64,000 bases of DNA from Amoebophrya sp. A120 (taxonomy: Eukaryota; Protista; Dinoflagellata): contig CAJINV010000012.1 in assembly GCA_905178155.1 (NCBI GenBank), positions 367,271 through 431,270 of the forward strand, given 5' to 3'. Below, in pieces: positions 24,028 through 37,180 of this stretch. A program made the position numbers and the translations under genes. Numbering within the stretch: the stretch's first letter is position 1; every line of letters begins with the position of its first letter. Below the pieces are notes generated by a model. It was not told where the DNA came from. It saw only the letters and a list, made by a program, of their open reading frames with translations, and searched no databases.

Positions 24028-25163
24028 CTACGGGAGTTCACTGACGGGGACATCAGTCCGCTCACCAGTGCCAGTCGGGTCACGCTCGGTCCGCAGATAA
24101 AATCCCTGGTTGCTGCCCGAAGCGCTCGCCTGCTGTCGTAGCTGGTCTCGAAGCTGGTTCCTGTGTGCAGCACGGGCGGCCTCCTCCTCCGTGGCCTGCG
24201 CCTCTTCTCGGATTTCACGAACCCTCGCTGCTCGTGTTCTTTCTGAGCACGAACCCTCACATCCAACAGCCATGCCGGCAGTGCATAGTATGGGTCCACA
24301 CAATTTGGCGCCGGACGAACCAAGAACGCAAGGGCCTACAGGGGTTTGCCAAATCGCAGCACCGGTGGCAGCACAGCAACATCCGAGAAATTCACCTTTG
24401 GTGATTTCGGAGCCACTATCAACTGTAAAAGTGTCTGGGTCTGGAAGAATCCAACTTGTCGCGCTGATTTTGGATTCTAAAAAAATCTGTATTGCATGAG
24501 CAGCAAAGAGAGTCCAAGTTTTGCAGTACGGAAAGAGCATTTGCATGCGGAATAGGCGTCAGGAAGCCCTCTAAAAATCTGTGATGCTAGGGCATGCATC
24601 ACAGACTTGAGGAGTCATGCAAAATGTGCATGACAAAGCCGGCAATCTTCCAGACCCAGACATTTTTACATTTGATAGCCACCGGGGAAACATGGACCAT
24701 AGAGCCCCGGGATTTCCCTCACTGGCTGTCGTGCGATTTCATATATTGGCTGCAGCCGCGGCGCAGGTAGAGCATCCAACATAACCTCCTGTGCGGGCGG
24801 CCCGGCGTTTTGGTTTTCGGTTCTGGAATTGGCTGCTGCGGCGGGCGGAGGATCGTGCTGCGGACCAGCAGAAGAAGCTCCTGGCTGTCCAGTGTTCGCA
24901 GAAGGCGAAGGACCTTCTGTATTCAGCAGTGGCTGCGCACGATGTCGCCGAGACGGCGACGGCGTTCTTGTAGTCGTACTTCTTGCCGGTTGCAACCGAA
25001 GCGCGGACGCAAATAAAGTCGGAGCTTGAAGTAGAGATGAAGGAAAAACACCAGCACCGCCGAAGCCGCCGTCCGTCAACATCATGGCGGTACCAACAAA
25101 CAACGAGACGAACGCCGCGAGCATTGAAGACGAGCGGGACATTCTTCTACTACTTCCCGCCAT
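24028..25163 (-). CDS. Signal-peptide protein, family copy B; 2 exons, 289 aa; Gly/Cys-rich hydrophobic hairpin followed by a coiled coil
   Basis: ATG at 25163; hydrophobic MLAAFVSLFVGTAMML; introner excision gives CFPGG-SEITKGEFLGCCC; 870 nt open. Confidence 0.75.
24417..24677. mobile_element. Introner, family A (261 bp)
   Basis: TSD GCCAC; the paralogous fragment near 39815 has the empty site. Confidence 0.93.
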
Positions 25164-27061
25164 CTTTGGTTTTTCGAAAAAAGGCAAAGGTGCTTTACTA
25201 GCTTGTACAGAAATCACTGAGCTACAGAGAGCTTGTAGTAGTTCTTTGGGCGGAACAAGCGAAAGTTGTATGAAGATCAAACAGCCCGACGCCCGAAAAC
25301 AAGAGTAAAACACTTATAATACTGCTTCTGCTCGGTCAACTATTTTGGGTTTTTAGAGGAGCTTGCACTACTTACGTGGAGGGCATCTAGGTGTCGTTGT
25401 AAAAAACTTTCGTTAATGTAATGCCGGAGTGTTGTGGTCGAGCGGGTTTTTCTAGTCACGATTCAAAACGACAGCTGTTTGTGATTGAAAACGCGAGCAA
25501 AAAATGAACTCGTAGTTTTGGGCTTGACGACGTGTTCTAGATCTAGATCTTGTGCGTGCATGATAGATTTGCTTACCGAATTTGATGTGTTGGTCGTGCC
25601 ATCTTTTTCTTTTGCGTCTTCAAAAGTCCCCCAACTGAAACGCGAATTATACCGAGTGGCTGCTAGTCGCTCAGATCTACGTGTGGATTAACCGAGTTGT
25701 CCTCACGTTTAATAGCATTTTACATTTATTAGATCCACCACCAATTTTAGGTACTTTATCACTTTCGCATCTGCTTCTGGCAATCGTCATTTTTCATCAT
25801 CAAGATCAACATACAAATATACCATGATGATATACCGAGACTGTATAAAGGCGGCCAATTTCTTCCATCCGACCTTTCCTTTCTCATTTGTTGAGGGACC
25901 GCCGAGCTAGGGAGAGACAGCTGTTGGCTCTTGAGTTTCTACGAGTTCTTACCATGATCGATGATGTGTGTTTCCTTTCGTGCCAAATAGCAACACCGAG
26001 TGGAGGACCCCCGAACCGATAACGTGTATTTTAGTTTGACGACGAGAAGGTGGACTGATCTTCACCAATAACGAGCATTCACCTACAGTCTCGATTTTCT
26101 TGACATTCCGTTGTAGCGCTTTCTTGATCGTAGATTTATTGATCTAGAGGAGAGACCAGGACATGCTCGTGGTTCAATTTTGGAAACATGAAGATCGTTT
26201 TTGGTCTCTTCTCTTCGCGCGGATCCGCATCGGTCAGCGTCGCGAAGATGATCTGAATGCAACTACAATGTTGATGAACTTGCTGTCTTTCGTTGTTCTC
26301 ATCTTCCCTTACAACTTGTAGAAGTTCTTTATATCATACTTGTCTGTATTGTCAGTCTGTAGTCCGAGTGACCCGATGAACACTAGAATCGTCGTGCAGC
26401 GCAGAACTACTTAGTTCCTCAAGCCCGGATGATGCTGAAAACGAACATCTGCTGAACAAACTCCCGGGGATCATGAGGCAGCTCCTGCGCAAACGAAATC
26501 AATATGACGTGGCTTTGATCAACATCTAAAACTCGATGTCCAGGAGCATCAGGAGCATCTCGTTTGACGTGCATAATCACTTTTCGTCACTTCTTGATCG
26601 GTTTTTCTTCCAACATGTTCGGGGAAAAAGATTTGTATGCTCCTTTATACTTCTCCGTCCTGCTGCTCCTGCTTAGTGCTATTTCATTGCGAGACTAAGT
26701 TGTTGTGTTGTTGTTCATTCAGCTAGCCTGCTGCGAACTGGTACACCTGCTACTTATCAAAGTCCGAGCTCTCGTTCCGAGTACCGCTCGGCTTCTGAGA
26801 AATGTTGCGCAGGTGGTCTCATCATTACACGCAAGAAGTACATATAATCTTTCAAGTGTTGGTGAAAGGGTTCTGCTGCTGTCCTGCAAAATGCCTCGGC
26901 GTTAAGCAACGATGCGACTTGCAGGCGATAAGGAACTATTTACCACTGCGGGGGAGAAACAACTTTTATTTTTCTTTTGAGCGAGGGAAAAAGAAAATCA
27001 TAATAAACTACCAATTTTTTTTATCTGAAGCTGCGGAAATACTAGTTTTGTGCATGAGACT

Positions 27062-27315
27062 TATCCAGTGCAAATATGTCTGGGTGTGGAACTTTGCAAT
27101 ACTGTTTTTGGAAGATTCTAGAAAATCCGTTTTGCGCGATCAGCAAGAGGAGTCCAATTTTTGCCACGCGGATGGAACATTTCTCATGCGGTATAATCAG
27201 AAAGCCATCGCAAAATCTGTGATGGTATGGCATCCATCACAGGCTTTGTGGGTCATGAAAAATGTGCATGACAGATCTTGCATTCTTCCAGACCCAGACA
27301 TCTTTGCATGCGATA
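27062..27315. mobile_element. Decayed family A element in apparently non-coding DNA
   Basis: Family A TIRs recognisable; TSD eroded (AGACT/AGCTC). Confidence 0.8.
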
Positions 27316-28520
27316 AGCTCAACATCTCCATGTAATCGATTTCGATTGTTCAAACTACGGACGTTCTACGAGTTCGATTTCTGACGTGCTAGCATTATTT
27401 GATCAAAGCGGAGGAAAGAAAAGCCTCCTGCTAGACGAAAGTTATACACTACTTCCACTTCAATCTATATATAAAAATAATTCGAATTCCACATCACCAC
27501 ACGACTCAGGCAGCAACTATACATGTACCTAATAAAACATCTTACACGGGGCGGCTGACTTCTTCACTTTGCATGTTTCGACTGCCACTGCACTTGAACG
27601 GTGATCTTCTTTCGTGCCTGCCCTTAGTTAATAGCACTCTTAGTTTTCTTTGTATGTTGTACGTGTAGCACTACTCGAGATTGATTCTTCGTGTGCAACA
27701 TTGTTACGCGCCGTTTGCAATGGCCGAGGAAATCCCATCCCCAAGGCCCCAATGGTCAAAAACACGGTCAGCAATAGCGTCGGCATTGCACGTCAGTGCG
27801 CCGCAGCCGCAGCAACACACGCTCGCGGGACCTTGCGCGCCGGCTGCTATCAAATTGCCCCCATATGCGAAGCAACAATAGTACTTATCGCAGTAGCCTA
27901 CGTGCCGAAATTGGAATGCTCGTGCATGATAACGAGAAATAGTACACCCATAGAAAGCCTGACGCTACATCGGCATTGATTGCAAGCGGCGCTGTTCTTT
28001 TTTTCAAAACTTACGTCTTACGGTGGACCTCCATTATCTACTTCAAGATACAGCCATCATATAGAAGATGCAAGTAGGCACACGCACGGCCGCGATCGTA
28101 AAAGTGGCGCTAATTATATATACTACTGCTGCCACGCATAACGGCAAACCGGCAATGCAAGTGCCAGCAACGACACACGCGGCCGCACTCGCCTTGACCG
28201 CCTTTTCATCCCTATTGTACTCTTGACGATATGAAGGTGAGCACAAATGGCGCGCGCACACGACCAGAGAAGCGCGAGAGTCTTTATGAATTTCATTCGG
28301 TATAATCTTCCCGTTGTATTGCAGCGAAGCAGATCCTACTAACCGTGCGTCTTTCATAACGAAAACTGCTCGTACAGAGATACAATCACGGCCACAAGGA
28401 GGGCAACCGAGCTGCCGAATATTGACATGCAGGCGAAAAACCAGCTCTGTAATCCACGGTGGACGGGCTATATTGCAAGACAAACGTTTCGCTTTTCTGG
28501 GCGTTGCGGCAAGGCACATT

Positions 28521-29178
28521 TCAGCTTGGTAGACACCGACACGGGTGTATCAACTGCAAATATATCTACTGGGTCTGGAAACTTGTGATGCGGGTTGGAC
28601 ATAAGTCATTGTCATGAGGACGCCTCCACTCATAGCGAAGCATGACAAGTTTTTGAGTCTCTAGGTGTTGCCCATTCCACATGGCAAACTGCCTTTCTGC
28701 ATGACAGCAAGAAACTGGGGAGCTCTTTGGGTAAACCGCGTGAAGACAGATTTGAGACTTATGCTGGCGGGGCGTGACAAAGAAACCTGGCACTCTACTT
28801 GCAGACCCAGATATAAAATTTGCGATCTTGCATAGGATCGTGAGTAGAACACCATTCGCGGCATCTTCCCAAACAAGAAGAACAGCAGTGGCGACAGGAC
28901 CTGCAGCATCGTCCGCGACCATGTACTTGCTCGGGGCCCGACGTCTCCGCATGGCCCCCGCCCGTCTCCGCGTGGCCCCCAGCTAACATCTGGACCTGTG
29001 CAGGTGGAAGCTCCGCGTTGGAGTCACGAGACGCTGGAACCTCGCCGCCGCGGCTTGGGCGGAAACCCATTTGCAGAGCTTCTGCAGCAAAAGAGGCCAA
29101 AAACGAAGATCCACCGAAGAATGCAATGATCTGTAAGTAGACCAACAGAACGGCAGTTTTCATTGTCATCACGGCCAT
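28521..29178 (-). CDS. Small signal-peptide protein with a Cys-rich C-terminus, about 121 aa
   Basis: Begins MAVMTMKTAVLLVYLQIIAFFGG and ends RCCRSCRHCCSSCLGRCREWCSTHDP-CRCLPS* after introner removal; 3' end uncertain. Confidence 0.55.
28548..28834. mobile_element. Introner, family A subtype, decayed (287 bp)
   Basis: Family A TIRs; TSD matches 3/5 (GGGTG/GGATC). Confidence 0.8.
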
Positions 29179-30593
29179 GGTGTTTTAGCGGATTTTTACT
29201 TCCTATCAGAAGTAGTTGCAGGCACAGAAATTACGATTTTTACCTATGAATATGGAAGAAATATGTAGTACTAGAAGTGCTGTAGAACGTGATGTCAACC
29301 TTTTGCAGAAAAAATACTCTGACTTGTTTGACCCTTTTGCGGTATAGAATACTGAGAGTCGCTGTTGGGCCCGCTGCTCTATCGATTTTTTATGTGCTGT
29401 TTCTTAATCTATGTATAATGATCACTGCTACGGCGGTAAGTGGCAGTTCTTGTAAGCGCAAGAGCTAGCTACTGCGTTTGATAGGCGAAAGATCACCGAC
29501 GAGAGACGCAATTTCAAATGTGAGGCTGGTCGTGTTGTTTTAGTCGACGTCCATTTTTTAGTGTTAATGTTGTCACACTTCCGCCAGTCGATAATGAAGG
29601 TTCATTGATAATTTTCAACTGTTACTCTGCTTCCAATTTATCTCGTTGTCAGACCCAGTTTCTTTGTCATTTGAATTTGTCACCGATTGGATCACACACC
29701 TGAAAGCGCGTATATTTTGACGGTGATATTAACGACTTTCACGCATAGAGCATTCAAGTTCTATCTCGATTGTGTTGACATTCCGTTGTAGCGTTTTGAT
29801 CTAGAAGATTGGATGCAGAGCTGGTAACACTCCGAGGTTCCTTGTTGTTCTTTTGAAAAACAACCGATTTGGCCTGCAGGCTAAGGCTGATCTGCATTTG
29901 TCGCTGTCAAGATCTGGATGCATGAAGTTGAGCTTGTTGGCGGCACCTTCATCAAGTAGAGTCATGAGCGAAGTAGAGAAGCCTTGTCCACAGCTGGATC
30001 ACAAGATCGGGCCAATGGAGTGAAGCGCCACGGCCTCTATCTGCATACTTCATCTCCTCTTCGTCAGATGCAGCAGCAGCATCTACACCTTCACCCTCAT
30101 AAAGCGCAATACGAAGGAACTTGAGGAACTTGCATCAAGCGGTACATGGATCTTCATCCGGAGCCACATCAAAAACACTAGTATACAGAAACCCAGAACA
30201 GGGTTGCCTATCAATGATGAGAACTAGAACAACGGAACGGAAAAATACAGCAGGTGCATGAAAAGCTGACAGGTAGTCGTGAGAGCTCGTGAAAAATCAT
30301 ATGCGAATGAGGCTGCCGAAAAGAGGTGGCAACAGCGGTCTTCATTCTCCTCTCAGCACGACGTCTACACGCGTTGTTTTCAATCCTGCATGAATGGGTG
30401 TGTCAATATACAATTTTCGCTTACTGAAAATAATTTTCCTATGTACTAACCAGCCGCTAGCTTATCAAAAAAGGCAGCAAAATATATGCGAATCCAATTT
30501 ACATGTCTGTGTTGTACATCATCAGACATGAAAAGTTTTCCTTCTGCGCTTGCAAAAAGCTCTTGACGTTTACGGTTCGAGGTATTTCTATTT

Positions 30594-33500
30594 CTATTTG
30601 CCTTTCCTGCTTCCTTGTCCTTGCACAAGGTACTCCGGATGCAGAGCCACATCGTAGGACCCGGCACTGAGATCATGCTTCGATGGAAATCTTGACGTTG
30701 AATTTACACTAGAGGCGTCGCCACTTTGACTTTGCTGTTCCTGATGCCGGTCAATGATTTGAAATCTTCCGGGCGGACACCGGCGTAAAATTCCGCGCAG
30801 AGTCACTGAAATGTAGGAGAGATCCTTTAGTTGCCGGTAACGGACGTCACTCGCGATTACTTCGCATTTGACGCGAAAGAATTCTGGTCTTCGTATAAGT
30901 TCTCGGCCACAGGAAGAAGTAGTGACATTTCTGTGCGCCGTTCTCGTGGTACAACGACTTTCTCCAACTTCCCGAATGATTTGCTCAATCGTGTCCCAAT
31001 GACGGTTCAACACTACAGTGCTCATTTTACCCAAGATCTTTGGCCCAGTGTCAACTGCTGGGTCAGAAGAATTGCCCGCTCTTGCGGAAGAGGAGGTCGT
31101 CGTGTCATGTTCGGTTCGCGCATTCTGATGCGGGAAAGATGAAGACAAGCAGCTATTCAGCGACGACCTTGGTGTGCTGACCACGTTGCTTTTGGAGAGT
31201 TCGAAACCACGACCGTGGCGTGTTTCTGGGGCAGCCCCAGACAAAATTTTTCGTCCTCGTGGTGTTTGCGTCCGCGCATGATTTTTGTAGTTTGGATTCA
31301 ACCCAACATCGTACACATCGAGCGGCTTTCCGCTCGCTGCGGTATTACCTGGGAACAACATCTTCCCCTGCTCGTTCGGAGAAGCTGACCCGGCCCGTGG
31401 AAACAAAAACCGCTGGTCCGGGCAGCTTCGCAAGATCGCCCGCAGCGTGACGCAGTAGGGCTGATGGAGCTTTTGCAACTGCACGTATCTGCTATCGCTG
31501 ACGATGTCACGACTGGTAGCGGAACAAGGAGTTGTGCCGACGCGGCCATTTTTCATCTCGACGCGGCCTGCAGGCGGGAATAAACTACATCGCTCAATAA
31601 TGATCTCCTCGATCACAGCGTAGTACTTTTGCAACACCGCCGGGTTGAAATACCTGATAACCTTCGGTCCGCCGTCCTGCTGGGACGAGGTTTCGTTGCC
31701 GATCTTCGAACATGATCTTCCGGCCTTCGGTCGGATCATGCTTTTTTCCCTCTTGTTTTGCCGTTGTTGTTTCAGCTCCACAAAATACCTGTTTTTTCCA
31801 CCCATCTCTCGGAAGACCGTGAAGGGGCTGCTACCATGAATTTGTTCCTCGGCCAAAGTCTGCAGCGCCTGCAGAAGACCACCAGGAGGCGGGCCGAATT
31901 TTCTCACAACCGAGTCTTGCACCTCGCGGGAGTTCCCGAGGCTATTCACCGTTGCCAGTTTGTTGCCGGGCTTCTGCAACAAAAAAGTGCGAACTGCCGC
32001 TTTCAAGGCGTCGGTGCCGGGCCAATCCGCAAGCGTTGTTGCCGTCGCCGGCGATCTTCGGCCTGGACGAGCACAACCTTCGGCCAAGAAAATCTGCTCG
32101 ACTCCGTTCTTTCCGTCGACTACCCGGAAAGCGTCGGGAAAGTGCGACGCACAAGCTGCCACCGAGGCAGGTGAAAGAGCACCATATTTGTCCGTCAAAG
32201 CCCGGAACTCGAGGGAGTCGCAAAATTGCGACAGAGAGACGCCGACTTCTTGCTTCGCAGAGTAATCATTGAATTCTCCGAACGAATCACTACTCCCCTG
32301 TTTTCTACTACTGCTGCGCCCCGTGTGGTCTGCGGAAATTCTATTCGCTCGTCGCGCGACGCAAAATTCCCGCAAGCACCGGCAAAAAACGCCTCGGCCT
32401 TCTTTCGTGTCCCAAAAAGAACTTTTTGCAGAAGATGAGTTCGGCGAAACTAGAGACGACTTGGACGACAAGCAGCCCAATGTCGCCGGCGATGACGTCA
32501 AAGCTGACGCTGAGGGAGCAGCTGCAGCAGCTTTGTTTATTTCACTGTCAAAATGCGGATGCGCTGGCGGTGCTGCCTTGCTGTCAACCTTCTTCTGCAT
32601 CATGCCCATTTTCACAACTGTCGTCCACGATTTTTTTTCCTTGTTCTCCCGCTCCACCGCTGTCAGAAGCGCCTGTTGCTTCCTCAAAAATCTCACTGCA
32701 TTGGCCGTCAAGCACCACAGGGTCGGAGGTCCTGTGTGCGGCGTAAAAATACCTGTAGCATTTATCTCGGTATTCGTCTTGCGCGAAGGTTCGGCGTCTG
32801 CGCAAAAAGTATTTTCCATCTTCGTTTTTGGCTGCTGCGAGAACAACTCCCTGTTCTCCTTCATGATGGACAAGTAGGTTTCGTGACGATCCTCGTGGAA
32901 TGTCGACCCGTAGGCCTTCGTCGGCCCCCGTTGGTAGAGAATCCTCATCAGCTTCATGCAGTTCGGAGGGGGGATGAAATGCGCGTCACCTTGTTCCTCA
33001 CTATCTTCGTCCGTTTCGTCATCATGGTTGTGCCCGTCTGAGGCACGTCCACGTGCACCTCCATCGGCGTGAGTGCAGAAGTCTTGATCTTCGTGATTTG
33101 CGAACGCTTTTGTTGATGATTTCGCAACCCCGCCCGCCTCCGCCGAACCGGAAGAAGACACGAATACATCAGGTCGTGTGGTTGTTGAGTGTGCTACTTC
33201 CCTCATCTTCGCTGCCTTCTTTGCTGTAGTTCCAAGAAAATTGTGCAGTTCCCCAAGCCCTCCATCGGGCGCCGCACGGCGATATCGATCTTCGTCCCAC
33301 GCGGCAAACCTCACCGTCTTTTTCGCCGGCTGGGTACTACTTGTCTTTTTCGCCGGCTGGGAACGTCCACGATGCTGGCTTTGGTGTCGGGTTGAGGTCC
33401 TGCTCTCCTGTGAAATTCCCCGAAAAAGTTCTTTCCCTCGTTTGAGCACTCCGCATGAAGATTCGGGTAGAAGTTGCGGTCCAGACGTGGCTGGTCGGTC

Positions 33501-36205
33501 AAAAATGTCTCGTTTCTTGCTCTTCGCAATTAATTCCATCTGGCTCCTCGGGTAGAAGTTCCGGCTAAGGCTGCGTCCCTGCCTGCAGCTCGAGCTGCGA
33601 CCTTTGTTCAATTTTTGACTGCTTGATGTTCCCACAAGCCGCACCGCCCAGCATGGCACTTTTTGCTGAAATCTCACCTTGTTCACCAGCTGAAACCGGT
33701 GCTGGTTTGTCTCCAAGATGCGCATCAGCCAACCCTTGGGAGCGGAGTGAGCACACTGTTGGCCTTTTTGCTGTTTGTATCGTTTAACTCCCAAAACAGG
33801 AGCGACATCTCCCTGCTCGGTGCTGGGAAAGTAGTTCTTTTTGAACTCTACGTGGTATTTCTGTTCGCCGATTTTAGACACCAAGAGCTCCTGGTGTGGC
33901 GACTTCAAAATGTGCTGTTCCACATGGTCAAGAAACAAGCTGAGATGTTGTTGTTGTTGGTCACGTTCAGAAGTAGCCGGCTTCTTGCAGATCATGTCGT
34001 AGGCTGTTGAAGACTGAGAAGATTTTTGCAGAGGAGTAGATGGCGCTGCCCCACATGAGCCAGCATCGCCCGCGTTACTGCAACTTGAACTTTTGCCGCC
34101 ACTGACAGCACTGCTACGGACCTCCAAACAAGACGCGACCCACGTTTTCGGTTTTTGATAAGCTGGAGCGACGTTTTGCAGTTGGAACAAATCCGCGCCG
34201 TGATTCCGCAAAATCTCCAAAACCGCGCCCTTCGGCGGATTGTTCTTGTAGTAGTTTCTCTTCAACGCTTTTCCCGCTGTGCTCTCTGCGATCTGGGAAA
34301 CGTGCATTTTCCTGTCTTTCTTACAAAGGATCATAAATTGCACCCTTTTAAGGAATTCCGCGAGGTGGCGGTGGGGTTGGTCGGGGTGGTTTTTCTTCTC
34401 CGAGATCGTACGAAGTGGCACGACTGGCTGATCGAGTGGAGGTTCTTGCTGTGGATCCACACTAGCAGCAGCATCATCCGCTTCATTTTGAATATCTGCA
34501 TTTGATGTAGCACAACCCCACTCGGCCCCCGCAGCAGGCATCGAAGCAGCTCTGTTGCCTGGTGAACTACTGGCTGCGTGGTTAGAAAAAGAAAGAGAGT
34601 TCTTGTACATGACTACTAGATCCGAACGATTTTCCGACGCACGAGAGGAAGAGCTGCAGGGATCATTTTCATCTTTTGTGGCCTTCGCCGACGATGAACC
34701 TCGCTTCGGCTTGTAGTTTCCCAGCAATCGACGCCCCGCATCCTCGATATCATCAAAAGTTTCGCTAGCAATCGCTGCATCTTCCTCTGCTGCGTTCTTC
34801 AGCCCCGTGTTGTAGTACGCATTTATTTCCTCTTCTTGCCACTGTAGTCCCTCTTCGTCTTCCGACGGGTAGTCTATGGAATGCAAAAACGTCTGGGTGT
34901 GGAAGATCTCCAGCTTTGTCATGCATATTTTGCATGACCGGCGACGCCTGTAATGCATGACCTAGCATCACAGATCTTGAGAGGGTTTCCTGATGCCTAT
35001 TCCGCATGAGAAACGCATTCTCCGCGTAGCACAAACTGGACTCCTCTTGCTGGTCATGCAATACAGATTTTCTTAGAATGAAAAATCCAAAGACAGCGTC
35101 ACAAGTTCCATTCTTTCCAGACCCAATCATTTTTGCATTTGATATACTCGGCCATAATGCCATTCATCATCTCACGGATGTCCGGAAAGGCGGCAACAGG
35201 AGTGCACGACGACGGCTGCGAAGCCGGACTTTCTGTGACCGGTATTGTTCTCGGAGGTGCCGTTGTTGAGAGTCGCTTCTCTGGCGGCTCCATCTGTAGT
35301 TGTTCGTAACCATAAACTCCCGATTTTATTTCCGTAGCTGCAAAATCCACGCCATTGTCTTGGTCACTCCCCTGTGGTCCAGCCGGGGAGAGGAGCGCGA
35401 GTACCGGAGACGCCTCTGTTGTCGGACTTTCCGGAGAGGTCCTCTGTAGTTCCATCGGCGTCGAATCAATGCTGTCAACGATATCATCTTCATTATCATT
35501 TCCATGATGTTCGTTTTCCAGAAAGAGCCTCGAGCTCTTGTTCCCAATTGAAGAATGAACAAGGAGAGACGAGGACAAATCCGCGTTGCAACGACCCAAG
35601 GACGGCCGGCCGGCGACGAACGTGGACGAACGCGGAGGTTTAGGTTTCTTCTTGTTCCCCGCTGCTTTGATAGTATTTCTCTCGTCGTCTGAAGAATCAA
35701 ATGTCACATAGCTGGACTCATCATCTTCAGCGGAGTCGTCTGCTTCGCTTGCGCAGGCGGGGGTCGCGATCGCGTTCAGTCTTCCAGGGCCAGCATGACA
35801 AGTTCCGTACGCACCGGCCGCTGTGGTGAGCAAATCCAGTTCCTCGTCTTCGAGGAGCTGAGAAAGGTCTTCCAGAGAACGACCACTCATGTTCTTGACT
35901 ACTTCGGGGAGTTGTAGTAGTTGATGTTCCAATGCCAATCCAGCTTCAGGAACGATTTCCTCCGCGGCAAATAGGGCTCCACCGCCCTCGTCCGTCACGG
36001 TAATTTTCGGACTCTGATGAAAATGATCTCCGAACAACTCAACGTCAACACTGTCGCTGGTGGAATTTTTATACCGGCAATTAACACCACGAGCACAATA
36101 TGTTCGGATTTCGGTACTGTACTCAATTCCTTCGTCTAGACGAAACGCGCCATCTTGTTCGTGTTGACACAGATCATCTTCGCCGGTTCTTGAACGACGG
36201 TACAC
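30594..36205 (-). CDS. Second multi-LOTUS/OST-HTH-like protein, paralog of 9319-15518; about 1780 aa, 5' end unresolved
   Basis: Two long ORFs are joined by excising 34875-35144 (IMAEY-PSEDEE). It shares PD(V/I)R..NxIM.EYPS.DE and QIAES.AGK.LKR.Y..NNPP.GAV with the paralog. There is no ATG at the 5' edge of the ORF. Confidence 0.72.
34875..35144. mobile_element. Introner, family A (270 bp)
   Basis: TSD TAGTC/TACTC. Confidence 0.9.
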
Positions 36206-37180
36206 TTCTTGTTGACACGAATCCTCGTAGTGGTGGTGTGCTGAAACCTTTGTAGCGGAACCAGAACTGACTTTGACACTGGTGCTGCCTTATCGGGCCA
36301 ACTCGAACTGCTAACTCTTAGATTTTCATGGAAATGCCTATACTATGTCTCTGCTGCTGATTGTAGAAGAACAAACTTCAGCATGCAAAATGCGCTGCTT
36401 CGAGAAAGAAATTAGGGACTCAGGAGGTTCCCTATTTCTTGTGTCAACGACGATTCACGATGGAATAGCGGGACCTTTCAATAGGCTCATGAATCGAAGA
36501 GAAGCCTTGCCCACGGCCGGATCACAAGATCAGGTCAATGGAATCTGTGAAACGACATCAGCAACTCTATCAGCAGAGTTTATCTTTTTTCTTCAGATGT
36601 TGATACAGAAGATCATGATCGACGTACAGCTACATGATCATCCATCTATCTTTCTCCATCGTGAACTTCATTGTCCTCGACCTCGCAGTGCCGTCGTTTT
36701 AGACGCAACGGCAAGAAAGCTTCGACAGCCTGCGAGAGGTCACAAAAGAATGATCTTCTATTATTGCGGCTATGTTTTACAGCTGTCCAGTATAATTTTT
36801 TGTGTGGACTTGCATCGAGATCGAGACCGATTATTCGTGAAAACAGTTTCCCGTGGCACGAAGAATGAACATCAAGTGGCACCAAATTCGCGGAATCAAG
36901 TGGCTTGTACCGAAGGGGTACGGGGATGTTGGATCAAAGACGTCTCCTTCGATAGCCGGGGCCGGCTTGGGTCTCCAGAGCTTTGCTGTAGAATCGGGCC
37001 TTTTCGGCCTAGGCGCTAGAGCGACACCTCCCGGCCTTTTCGGCCCTTTTTGCGCGGCCCTGAGACGAGACCAGGAGCATGGGGCAGATGACTCGGCTGC
37101 TTCTTTCCCCTCTCTGCTGGGCCTTGACTATGACCTCTATCTGCAGAGTTCATCATTTTTCTTCAGATGTTGATACAGCA

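Noticed and set aside
36070-36110. CCCH zinc finger (YCARGVNCRYKN)
   Set aside because: Only a partial pattern; the final His and the expected spacing are missing.
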